Positions 26,534 through 35,356 of a stretch of 64,000 nucleotides of DNA are shown here, in pieces. The stretch is from the NCBI GenBank assembly GCA_031414595.1, contig JANNVX010000018.1, positions 1-64,000 on the forward strand, in the 5' to 3' direction. The stretch's first letter is position 1. The number at the start of each line of letters is the position of its first letter. The stretch is from Deinococcales bacterium. Its GTDB lineage: Bacteria; Deinococcota; Deinococci; Deinococcales; JAAFIG01. Made by a program: the position numbers and the translations under genes. The notes below the pieces were generated by a model, which saw only the letters and a list, made by a program, of their open reading frames with translations, searched no databases and was not told the origin of the DNA.

Positions 26534-28873
26534 ATGACAACTGAAAAACACGCGATGGGAAAATCCATGAAACGCAAAGAAGACCCGCGTTTCTTGCAAG
26601 GCAAAGGTAATTATATAGACGACATCAATTTACCCGAGCAACTCTGGATGGCGTTGGTGCATAGTCCGTATCCGCACGCCAACATTAAGGGTGTTGACTC
26701 GAGTGCTGCCATGCAAGTTCCGGGTGCAGTGGCAGTCGTCACCAGCAAAGAATTAAATGCCTATAAGGTTGGTTGGTTGCCAACATTTCACGGTTTAGAT
26801 AAGCAAATGGTTTTGGCAGACGGTAAAGTTTTGTACCAATACCAAGAAGTCGCAGCCGTTTATGCCGAAACAAGGGAAGCCGCCTATGACATGGCAGAAC
26901 TGGTGGATGTAGATTACGAACCACTGCCCGTGATGGCAGACCCGTACAAATCCATGACCGATGAAGTGATTTTGCGCCCAGACCGAGCCAATGCCACCAA
27001 TCATATTTTCAATTGGAATGTCGGTAAAAAAGCCGAGACCGATGCGGCACTTGAGGCATCTGAACATGTGGTTAAGCAACATATCAAGTTTCAGCGTTGT
27101 CATGCCGCGCCACTCGAGCCTTGTGGTTGTATTGCTGAGTTTGATGTCATGGGACGCTTGCAGTTTTATGTGACTTCACAAGCCCCACATGTTTACCGCA
27201 CGGCACTGTTTTTGGTGTTGGGTATTCCTGAAGATAAAATCCGTGTCATTAGCCCAGACCTTGGCGGCGGCTTTGGCAACAAAGTACCAGTCTACCCCGG
27301 TTATGTCTGCGCCATTGCTGGTGCATTGGTCTTAAAACGCCCCGTCAAATGGATTGAAACCCGTACCGAAAATATGACCTCGAGTTTTGCCCGTGACTAC
27401 CACATGGACATTGAAATTGGCGCGACCAAAGAAGGTAAAGTCACAGCCCTAAAAGTTAATACCGTAGCCGACCACGGAGCATTTGATGCAGCAGCTGACC
27501 CAAGCAAATATCCAGCTGGAATGTTTGGGATTGTCACAGGCAGTTATGATTTCCCTAATGCTTACGCCAATTTAGATGCCTACTTCACTAATAAAATGCC
27601 TGGAGGAGTGGCGTACCGTTGTAGTTTTCGTGTGACCGAAGCCAGTTATGCGATTGAACGGGCAATGGATATTCTCGCAGACGAATTAAACATAGATGCC
27701 GCCGAACTGCGCCGCAAGAACTTTGTGCAACCCGAACAATTCCCGTATCAATCGCCCTTAAATTTTATTTACGACTCTGGCGATTACGAAAAAACCATGG
27801 ACGTTGCTCTCGAGCGAATTGGTTACAAAGAACTGCTGAAAGAACAAGCCGAAAAACGCGCTCGAGGCGAGTTGATGGGTATTGGATTAAGCACTTTTAC
27901 CGAAGTGACTGGCGCAGGACCGAGCAAGCACTTTGATATTCTCGGGATTAAAATGTTTGACGGCGCAGAAATCCGTATCCATCCAAGCGGCTCGGGGATT
28001 ATTCGTACCGGCACAAAATCCCAAGGACAGGGACACGAAACCACTTGGGCGCAAATTGTCGCCGAAGAACTGGGTTTAGACCCGCAAAACTTCTTGGTTG
28101 AAGAAGGCGACACCGACACCGCCCCATACGGACTCGGCACGTATGCCAGCCGCTCTACCCCTGTGGCGGGTGGCGCTCTGGCTCTGGCTGCCCGAAAAAT
28201 CCGCGAAAAAGCCCGTAAAATCGCCGCCCACGTTCTCGAGGTAAGCGAACACGACCTCGAGTGGAAAGATTATAAATTTAATGTTATGGGTTCGCCCGGT
28301 AAAAGCATCACCATGCAGGAAGTTGCTTTTGCTGCTTACACCAACCCCGGTGATAACGAACCCGGACTCGAGACAACCTTGTACTACGACCCTCCGAATA
28401 TGGTTTTCCCACACGGTACATATGTCGCCGTGGTGGACGTAGACCGCGATACAGGCGAAACAAAAGTGCGGCGCTTTTTAGCCATAGATGACTGCGGCAC
28501 AATCATCAACCCAATGATTGTCGAAGGACAAGTTCATGGTGGTTTAACCGAAGGCTTTGCGATAGCATTTATGCAAGAAATTGCTTACGACGACGAAGGC
28601 AACAATTTAAGTACCAATTTCACCGATTACCTTGTGCCGACCAGTCTCGAGTCGCCACATTGGGAGACGGGTCACACCGTAACACCCAGCCCACACCATC
28701 CAATCGGTGCAAAATCTGTTGGTGAAAGCCCGAACGTCGGCAGCCCAGCCGCTTTTGTCAATGCGGTGATTGATGCGCTATCGCCGCTTGGGGTCAAGCA
28801 TATTGACATGCCACTGACCAGAGAAAAAGTTTGGAGTGCCATCCGAACCGCCGAAGCCCAAGCCGCCGATTAA
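26534..28873 (+). CDS. coxL: Aerobic CO dehydrogenase large subunit, form I
   Basis: Active-site loop AYRCSFR; GGGFGNK, QGQGHETT. Start moved to ATG 26534 (AAGGAG RBS). Confidence 0.95.
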   Translation: MTTEKHAMGKSMKRKEDPRFLQGKGNYIDDINLPEQLWMALVHSPYPHANIKGVDSSAAMQVPGAVAVVTSKELNAYKVGWLPTFHGLDKQMVLADGKVLYQYQEVAAVYAETREAAYDMAELVDVDYEPLPVMADPYKSMTDEVILRPDRANATNHIFNWNVGKKAETDAALEASEHVVKQHIKFQRCHAAPLEPCGCIAEFDVMGRLQFYVTSQAPHVYRTALFLVLGIPEDKIRVISPDLGGGFGNKVPVYPGYVCAIAGALVLKRPVKWIETRTENMTSSFARDYHMDIEIGATKEGKVTALKVNTVADHGAFDAAADPSKYPAGMFGIVTGSYDFPNAYANLDAYFTNKMPGGVAYRCSFRVTEASYAIERAMDILADELNIDAAELRRKNFVQPEQFPYQSPLNFIYDSGDYEKTMDVALERIGYKELLKEQAEKRARGELMGIGLSTFTEVTGAGPSKHFDILGIKMFDGAEIRIHPSGSGIIRTGTKSQGQGHETTWAQIVAEELGLDPQNFLVEEGDTDTAPYGLGTYASRSTPVAGGALALAARKIREKARKIAAHVLEVSEHDLEWKDYKFNVMGSPGKSITMQEVAFAAYTNPGDNEPGLETTLYYDPPNMVFPHGTYVAVVDVDRDTGETKVRRFLAIDDCGTIINPMIVEGQVHGGLTEGFAIAFMQEIAYDDEGNNLSTNFTDYLVPTSLESPHWETGHTVTPSPHHPIGAKSVGESPNVGSPAAFVNAVIDALSPLGVKHIDMPLTREKVWSAIRTAEAQAAD

Positions 28874-28881
28874 AACCAACC

Positions 28882-29044
28882 GTAGGGGTGGGGCTTGCCT
28901 CGCCCTGCAATTCAACCGTAGGGGCGAAGCATGCTTCGCCCTAACCAGCCAAAGCCCAACAGTCTAGGCTCGAGATGAAGGGCTGACGTAAAATGGTCAG
29001 TCAGCCCCTCATCAGCCTTCGGCAGCTTCTCCCACGGGAGAAGC
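28882..29044 (+). repeat. Two tandem GTAG-type REPs plus a second palindrome type (CCCCTCATCAGCCTTCGGCAGCTTCTCCC..GGGAGAAG)
   Basis: REPs at 28882-28905 and 28918-28941. GGGAGAAGCGCTCTCAG occurs twice (near 29035 and 29097). Confidence 0.75.
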
Positions 29045-29135
29045 GCTCTCAGGAGTAGATTATCTACGAGCTTCGCTTGGTTTATGGCTATTCTATGGGA
29101 GAAGCGCTCTCAGTCAATGTATAAGGAGTGATTTT

Positions 29136-29588
29136 TTGAAACTCGAGTATAATGGAACAGAACAAGTGCCACTTGGTAAGGATGCAGTTTGGGCGTTTAT
29201 CAACGACCCACAAAAAGTGGCTTCTTGCTTGCCAGACGTAAAAACCGTGACGGTACATGATGATAAGAATTTTGATGCTGTGGTTAGTATTGGCTTAGGT
29301 CCGGTGCGTGGGAGTTTTAAGTTTAAGATTACGCTCGAGCCGCAGGAGGGCGGCAATCGGATGAATGTCAAAATTAGCGGCGGCGGTTTTGGCAGCGTGG
29401 TGGATTTGCTGGCTGGCGCAGATATTAAGGACAATGGCGATAACACCACCACCCTTGATTGGAGTGGGGCGGCAACGATGCGTGGTCCGATTGCCACGGT
29501 GGGCGGACGGGTGTTGGATGCCCAAGCCCAGAAGTTGATTGCGGGAACGTTTGCCAATGTTAAAACCCGCATGGCAGAGTTGGGATAA
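29136..29588 (+). CDS. coxG: CO dehydrogenase accessory protein CoxG (SRPBCC)
   Basis: VWAFINDP..VASCLP, GPIATVGGRVLD; located in the cox cluster. Confidence 0.85.
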   Translation: MKLEYNGTEQVPLGKDAVWAFINDPQKVASCLPDVKTVTVHDDKNFDAVVSIGLGPVRGSFKFKITLEPQEGGNRMNVKISGGGFGSVVDLLAGADIKDNGDNTTTLDWSGAATMRGPIATVGGRVLDAQAQKLIAGTFANVKTRMAELG

Positions 29589-29593
29589 ACGGC

Positions 29594-30289
29594 ATGAGCG
29601 ATAACATCTCTAAGCATTGGGCGACTCCGATTTTGCGGCGTTCTTTTGATCATGCCGATGTGGTCAATGCGGATTTGGTTGAGCTTTTTTACGCGCATCG
29701 TCAGGCGGATTTGGAAGCTCAAAGGGCGAAGGTTGGGAATTTGTACTCCTCGAGCGATGATTTACTGAGTCGGTATGATAACGCCAGTCTTAAAGAATTG
29801 TTTGGATTTGTCTCCGAAAGTGTGTTTGAAATTGCATCCGAGATGAACGCCCAGATTTGGCAAGGCATGGGTGCGAGCAAATTGCAAATGCACATTGTTG
29901 GGGCATGGTTTCAAATTGCCAACCGCTATGGTTTTCATGATATTCATAACCACGGCAATTGTTCTTGGAGCGGCGTGTATTATGTGCAAATAGACCCACT
30001 CGAACGCCGTCAAGACCATGCGATGCTTGGGTCTACCAATGGGATTACACGGTTTTATGGGCATCAGCTTGGTTTGCTTGGCGGGGCGCACATGGACTTA
30101 GGCAATGCTTACTTGCAACAAAGCAACTTTGATGTGATTCCAAAGGCTGGCGACTTAATTGTTTTCCCAAGTTGGCTAAATCACAAAGCCATGCCATATG
30201 ACGGTGATTCAGACCGAATTATTATTTCATTTAACGCCCAAGTGCATGGTACAAGCGGCGATAAGGCATTTAATTATGGTTTCCATTGA
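29594..30289 (+). CDS. Putative 2OG-Fe(II) oxygenase
   Basis: HNHGNCSWSGVYY, FPSWLNH, RIIISFN. Confidence 0.8.
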   Translation: MSDNISKHWATPILRRSFDHADVVNADLVELFYAHRQADLEAQRAKVGNLYSSSDDLLSRYDNASLKELFGFVSESVFEIASEMNAQIWQGMGASKLQMHIVGAWFQIANRYGFHDIHNHGNCSWSGVYYVQIDPLERRQDHAMLGSTNGITRFYGHQLGLLGGAHMDLGNAYLQQSNFDVIPKAGDLIVFPSWLNHKAMPYDGDSDRIIISFNAQVHGTSGDKAFNYGFH

Positions 30290-30297
30290 TTTTAACC

Positions 30298-30321
30298 GTA
30301 GGGGCGAGGTATGCCTCGCCC
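30298..30321 (+). repeat. GTAG-type REP
   Basis: GTAGGGGCGAGGTATGCCTCGCCC. Confidence 0.9.
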
Positions 30322-30358
30322 TCGTTCTGGCGATTTCATGCCATGATTGCAAAGGCAC

Positions 30359-31588
30359 ATGATGAACACAGATTTTTACCAAACAGTATTATCTCTAAAA
30401 TCCTCTGGCTCGAGTTTTGTGACTGCCACAGTGGTCTCGAGACGAGCGCCAGTGTCTTCACATCTTGGCGACAGGGCGCTGATTTTTGCCGATGGTCGAA
30501 TGCAGGGTTTTGTTGGTGGTTCGTGCAGCCGTGAAATTGTGCGTAAACAAGCCCTCGAGACCTTAAAACTTGGTAAACCCCGCCTTGTGCTGATTCGTCC
30601 AGATGCCACCCTCGAGACACTGCATCATGCCTCTGATGCCGAAGGGATAGTCGTTCCAATGACTTGTGCTTCCGAAGGGGCGGTGGATGTTTACCTCGAG
30701 CCACACAGCCCAGTACCGCTTTTGTTGGTGGCTGGTTTTACCCCCGTTGCCGAGGCTGTGGCGCGAATAGCGGCGCTGCTTGAGTACAAGGTGGTGCGAA
30801 TTGTCACCCTGCCAGAGATGCGAGACCTTGAGCCAAATAGTGCGATTGCCCTGCCAGATTTGCCAGCGTACCTCGACAATTTAGCTTTAGAAACTCGAGC
30901 CAAATTGTCGGCTGTGGTTGCCACCCAAGGGCATTATGATGAACCTGTTCTTGAGGCGCTACTTTTGGCGGGTGTTGGTTTTGTGTCCTTGCTTGCCAGT
31001 CGTAAACGGGCGGTGACGGTGCGGGAACTGCTCGAGTTGCAAGGCGTGCCGCAGGAGAAAGTTGCTGCTATTCGTAATCCAGCAGGACTGGACATCAACG
31101 CCAAAACCCCTACCGAAGTGGCGGTCAGTATTTTGGCGGAAATTATTCAAGCCCGCGACTCGAGCCGTGAAATGTTCACTAACTCGAGCAGTTATCAAAA
31201 GCCAGAAATTGGGAATGATAAAAAATCGCTGGTCACAGGGCTGGCAATTGAAAATGACGAAAAGTCGTTTGTCACAGGGCGAATACAAGCGACCCAAGCC
31301 CGTCAGGTGCTGCTTTCGGGTCAAGAAGATTCGCCCCTACGGGTTGCGGAAAATGAATTGGATTTCCGTAGGGGCGAACTTTATGTTCGCCCTACCACAA
31401 AAAATGGGAATAATGATTCATCTGCTGAGCCTGCTTTTGCAATTTCTCCCGTGGATGGTGAACGAATCGAAATTGCCTCGGCGGTACATTTTGCGGATTA
31501 CAACGGTGTGACCTATTACTTTACCTGTGCCAATTGTAAACGCCGTTTCCTGAAAGACCCAGATAAATTTTTAACGGTTACGCCATGA
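30359..31588 (+). CDS. XdhC/CoxF-family Moco-insertion chaperone with C-terminal YHS-like domain; linker contains REPs
   Basis: GFVGGSC, MTCASEG, VATQGHYD, PAGLDI..TPTEVAVSILAEI; YYFTCANCKRRFLKDP. Confidence 0.88.
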   Translation: MMNTDFYQTVLSLKSSGSSFVTATVVSRRAPVSSHLGDRALIFADGRMQGFVGGSCSREIVRKQALETLKLGKPRLVLIRPDATLETLHHASDAEGIVVPMTCASEGAVDVYLEPHSPVPLLLVAGFTPVAEAVARIAALLEYKVVRIVTLPEMRDLEPNSAIALPDLPAYLDNLALETRAKLSAVVATQGHYDEPVLEALLLAGVGFVSLLASRKRAVTVRELLELQGVPQEKVAAIRNPAGLDINAKTPTEVAVSILAEIIQARDSSREMFTNSSSYQKPEIGNDKKSLVTGLAIENDEKSFVTGRIQATQARQVLLSGQEDSPLRVAENELDFRRGELYVRPTTKNGNNDSSAEPAFAISPVDGERIEIASAVHFADYNGVTYYFTCANCKRRFLKDPDKFLTVTP

Positions 31589-32508
31589 TTGCAGATTTAA
31601 GGGCTGGTTTTGCGGCTCGAGGGTTTGTTACCTCAGATGATTTTGCGGTTGCCTTGCAATTAATGCTTTCACTCGAGAAACCACTTTTAATCGAAGGACC
31701 GGCAGGAGTTGGTAAGACCGAAAGTGCCAAGGTACTGGCTGAGGCTTTGGGAACGCGCCTAATTCGTTTGCAGTGCTATGAAGGCTTAGATGTCTCGAGT
31801 GCCTTGTACGAATGGAATTACCCTAAACAGATGCTGCGGATTCGCCTGACCGAAGGACAAGGTTCGCTCGAGGAACGTGAGGCACAGATTTTTTCTGATG
31901 CGTTTTTACTCAAACGCCCCTTGCTCGAGGCGATTACCCAAGAGGTTGCGCCAGTGCTTTTAATAGACGAGGTGGATAGGGCAGACGAAGCCTTTGAAGC
32001 CTTTCTGCTCGAGCTACTGGCGGAATTTCAAATTTCTATTCCCGAACTTGGGACAGTCAAAGCCAAATCTCGTCCACGGGTGATTCTGACCTCCAATCGC
32101 TCGAGGGAGTTGTCTGATGCGCTGCGGCGGCGCTGCTTGTATTTATGGCAGTCGTATCCGACGGTTTCGCAGGAACTCGAGATTCTAAGGGCGCGTTTGC
32201 CAAGTATCAATCCGCGTTTGGCATTGCAAATTGCAAATTTAATGGAAGCCTTGCGGCGTTTGCCGTTTCATAAAGTCCCTGGTGTGGCTGAAACCCTCGA
32301 TTGGGCGCTTGCCCTGATGAACTTGCATCATGAGGCACTTGATGCCAAAACGGTGCTTTTAACCCGAGGTTGTATCTTAAAAGCCCGTGAAGATTGGGTG
32401 TTACTCGAAAATAATCTTCCAGCCCTCGAGAAAATCTGGAATGACAAAATAGGTCAGCGCAAACCCTTTGAAACAGATTTTGGAATTGGCACGGTTACGA
32501 CCCGCTAA
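31585..32508 (+). CDS. coxD: MoxR-family AAA+ ATPase CoxD
   Basis: EGPAGVGKT, RLQCYEGLD, LLIDEVDRADE, LSDALRRRC. Confidence 0.9.
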   Translation: MIADLRAGFAARGFVTSDDFAVALQLMLSLEKPLLIEGPAGVGKTESAKVLAEALGTRLIRLQCYEGLDVSSALYEWNYPKQMLRIRLTEGQGSLEEREAQIFSDAFLLKRPLLEAITQEVAPVLLIDEVDRADEAFEAFLLELLAEFQISIPELGTVKAKSRPRVILTSNRSRELSDALRRRCLYLWQSYPTVSQELEILRARLPSINPRLALQIANLMEALRRLPFHKVPGVAETLDWALALMNLHHEALDAKTVLLTRGCILKAREDWVLLENNLPALEKIWNDKIGQRKPFETDFGIGTVTTR

Positions 32509-32523
32509 ACCCCTGAGAATGCA

Positions 32524-33702
32524 ATGGCACTGCTCGAGAAAATCACCGCTTTTACCCAAATTCTGCGCCTCGATCATCAATTCAAAATTGGTGTTGGTGA
32601 AGTAGCGGATGCCCTGCGCTCGCTCGAGATTGTGGAGATAACCCACAGCCGAGGGTTGTTGCAATCGGCGTTGCGGGTGGTGCTTTGCGCTAAACTCGAG
32701 GAGATAGAAATTTTTGATGCGGCGTTTCAAGCCTTTTTCTTTCCAGAACGGGCTGGGGTGGCTCAAACTTTGCTGCCATCAGACGAACATCAAGCCTCGG
32801 TGACAGATAAACCCGCTAATCATCCAAGTCCGCAGTCCCGAGAACAACCGCCAGAAGACAATCCAGAACAAGACCCAGACTTTGTGGGTTCTAAAACCAA
32901 GCACCGCCCCGATGAGGATGACACTGAGGCTTCACCAGTCGAACGTTGGATGCGTGACTTGTTCAGTGCCGCCACTAGCCTTTCCGACGCACCCACAGTC
33001 AGTGCCGATGGTCTCGAGGCGATGCTTGGTGCGGCAGGGCATCTGGTGCGCTCATTGCGGCTTGGGCGCTCGAGAAAATGGCGCACCTTGCCAAGTGGCG
33101 CTCGGTTTGATTTTCGTAAAACTTTGCGGAAAAGTTTGGCTACAGGTGGTGAGCCGATTCATCCGTTTTGGTTGGGGCATCCAAAGCGCAACCCACGGAT
33201 TGTGCTGCTTTTAGATGGCAGCCGTTCGATGACCCAAACAACCCAAGCCACCTTGCAATTTGCCTTTGCCTTGGCGCAGCGTTCACGGCGCGTGGATGTC
33301 TTTACCTTTTCGACCGAACTGCGGGATGTTTCTAGTTTTTTGTATCAGCATCAACTCGAGTTACCAAACTTAGCCGCAGCTTGGGGTGGTGGTACTCAGA
33401 TTGGTCATAACTTGCGGGTTTTTTTGCGTGAACATGCGCCTCGGGTTTTAACCCCAGATACCTTGGTGATTATTTCCAGCGACGGCTTAGAGGTCGGTGA
33501 AACGCAGCTACTCGAGTCTAGTCTACGCGAAATAAAACGCCGTTCGGCTGGGATTATTTGGCTCAATCCATTGGCTAGTCAAAAAGGTTTTATGCCAGTC
33601 TCTCGAGGTATGAAAACGGCTTTGCCATTTATTGCAAAACTAAGCCATGCCCAAACGCCAAGCGAATTCTCGAGCTTGCTTGATAGTTTTTTGGCGCGTT
33701 GA
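32524..33702 (+). CDS. coxE: VWA-domain protein CoxE
   Basis: LLDGSRSM (MIDAS), WGGGTQIG, SDGLE, WLNPL. Confidence 0.9.
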   Translation: MALLEKITAFTQILRLDHQFKIGVGEVADALRSLEIVEITHSRGLLQSALRVVLCAKLEEIEIFDAAFQAFFFPERAGVAQTLLPSDEHQASVTDKPANHPSPQSREQPPEDNPEQDPDFVGSKTKHRPDEDDTEASPVERWMRDLFSAATSLSDAPTVSADGLEAMLGAAGHLVRSLRLGRSRKWRTLPSGARFDFRKTLRKSLATGGEPIHPFWLGHPKRNPRIVLLLDGSRSMTQTTQATLQFAFALAQRSRRVDVFTFSTELRDVSSFLYQHQLELPNLAAAWGGGTQIGHNLRVFLREHAPRVLTPDTLVIISSDGLEVGETQLLESSLREIKRRSAGIIWLNPLASQKGFMPVSRGMKTALPFIAKLSHAQTPSEFSSLLDSFLAR

Positions 33703-33733
33703 TTGACGGTATTTGATTTAGGTAGAATCATCT

Positions 33734-35356
33734 ATGTCCTTTGGTTTTGTTGCTTCGTTGCGTTTACAAGAGTTATCGGATTTATTTGCAGTCAATAAAC
33801 GTGATTTTGCCTTTCTTGACGAAGGTATTCAACTTGCCGAGCAGGCAGCCAATTGGCTACTGTACGCTCAGTTTTGCGAATTGTTTGTGCAACGAAGTCG
33901 GGAAAAAGGGCAGTTGGCGCAGGGTTTGGAATTGGCAGATAAGGCTTTACTTGTCTTGCCAGAGTTGAACTGGCTGTTGCCTCGAGCTTTAATCAGGTAC
34001 GAACGCAGTCTTATTTTTATGGTGCTTGGGGATTATGAACTCACCATCAGCCAATTGATTGAATTGCATCCTATTTTTGAACAAGTTGGTTCGCCGCGTC
34101 AAAAAATTGCGATTGTGCGGAGTTTAGGTGTGGCTTTTTCCAAGAACCAGCAACCAGAACAAGGTTTGCAGTATTACCACTTGGCGGTTGAACAATGCTT
34201 GGCAATCGGTGATTTAATTGGGGCAACCTATACCAAGAACAACATTGCAATCAACCTAAAAAACTTAAATAAACCTGATCAAGCTGAACAAATTTTGCGT
34301 CAGTGTCTTGCCGATTTACCAAATTCGGGGCATGACTTTGCTTTAGCAGGTTTTAGTTCTAATTTGGCTTTGATTCTTGATAAACGAGGTTTATTTGCCG
34401 AAGCCGAGGTTCTGCACCGCCAAGCCTTAGAGATTGCCCAAAATACATCGTCGCTCGAAGGCGAAGTTGAATTTTGTTTGTGTTTTGGACGGCATTGGCT
34501 TTTGCGGCAACAACCCTCTGAAGGTTTATTTTTGTTGCAAAAAAGTTTGAAATTGGCAGAACAAGCCCACATGAAAGCCAAAATTTCCGAAACTCATTTT
34601 GAATTAGCGGTTGCCCATAAAGCATTGCAACAATTGGATTTGGCATATGCACATTTAGAACAAGGTTGGATTCTTGAGAAACAAGTTTTTAATGACACCA
34701 ATGCCCAACGAATCCAGCATTTGCAAATCCGTTTTGAAGTCGGTCAGCGTCAACATGAAGCTGATTTAGAGCGTGGCAAACGTCAAGAACTCGAGGTGGT
34801 CAATGCCGAACTAAGTAAAGTCAATCAAGAGAATTTAGATTTACTCGAACAACTCAGTAAACAAGCCCGTGAAGACGGTTTAACCGGCTTACTTAACCGC
34901 CGTGCTTTGGATGCTGCCCTAAATGCAGCTTTTTCGGCGGCGGTGCGACATAACCTCGATTTGTGTTTTATTCTTTTTGACTTGGATCACTTTAAGAATG
35001 TCAATGATCGTTTTGGACATCAAATTGGTGATGCTTGTCTGCGTGAAATTGCCGATTTACTGCGTAGTTCGGCTCGAGATTCGGATATTCTAGGGCGTTA
35101 TGGTGGTGAAGAATTTGTGATTGCTTTTTCACACAGTTCACTTGAACAGTCTTTGCTGTTTGCCAACCGTTGGCGTGAATTGGTCGAACAGTATGCTTGG
35201 CATGATATTCACCCCGAGTTGCATTTGACCATCAGTTTGGGATTGGCGATGTACACCAATCATAAAAATTATGAACGTTTGCTTGCCAGTGCAGATATGG
35301 CACTCTACCAAGCAAAAAATCAAGGTCGTAACAAAGTTGTGGTGAATGAATTTTAA
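33734..35356 (+). CDS. TPR-repeat diguanylate cyclase
   Basis: TPR-like helices, DGLTGLLNRR, DLDHFKNVND, RYGGEEF. Confidence 0.88.
   Translation: MSFGFVASLRLQELSDLFAVNKRDFAFLDEGIQLAEQAANWLLYAQFCELFVQRSREKGQLAQGLELADKALLVLPELNWLLPRALIRYERSLIFMVLGDYELTISQLIELHPIFEQVGSPRQKIAIVRSLGVAFSKNQQPEQGLQYYHLAVEQCLAIGDLIGATYTKNNIAINLKNLNKPDQAEQILRQCLADLPNSGHDFALAGFSSNLALILDKRGLFAEAEVLHRQALEIAQNTSSLEGEVEFCLCFGRHWLLRQQPSEGLFLLQKSLKLAEQAHMKAKISETHFELAVAHKALQQLDLAYAHLEQGWILEKQVFNDTNAQRIQHLQIRFEVGQRQHEADLERGKRQELEVVNAELSKVNQENLDLLEQLSKQAREDGLTGLLNRRALDAALNAAFSAAVRHNLDLCFILFDLDHFKNVNDRFGHQIGDACLREIADLLRSSARDSDILGRYGGEEFVIAFSHSSLEQSLLFANRWRELVEQYAWHDIHPELHLTISLGLAMYTNHKNYERLLASADMALYQAKNQGRNKVVVNEF

Noticed and set aside
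25084-28873. Xanthine dehydrogenase or form II CODH assignment
   Set aside because: The AYRCSFR motif and M-S-L order indicate form I CODH.
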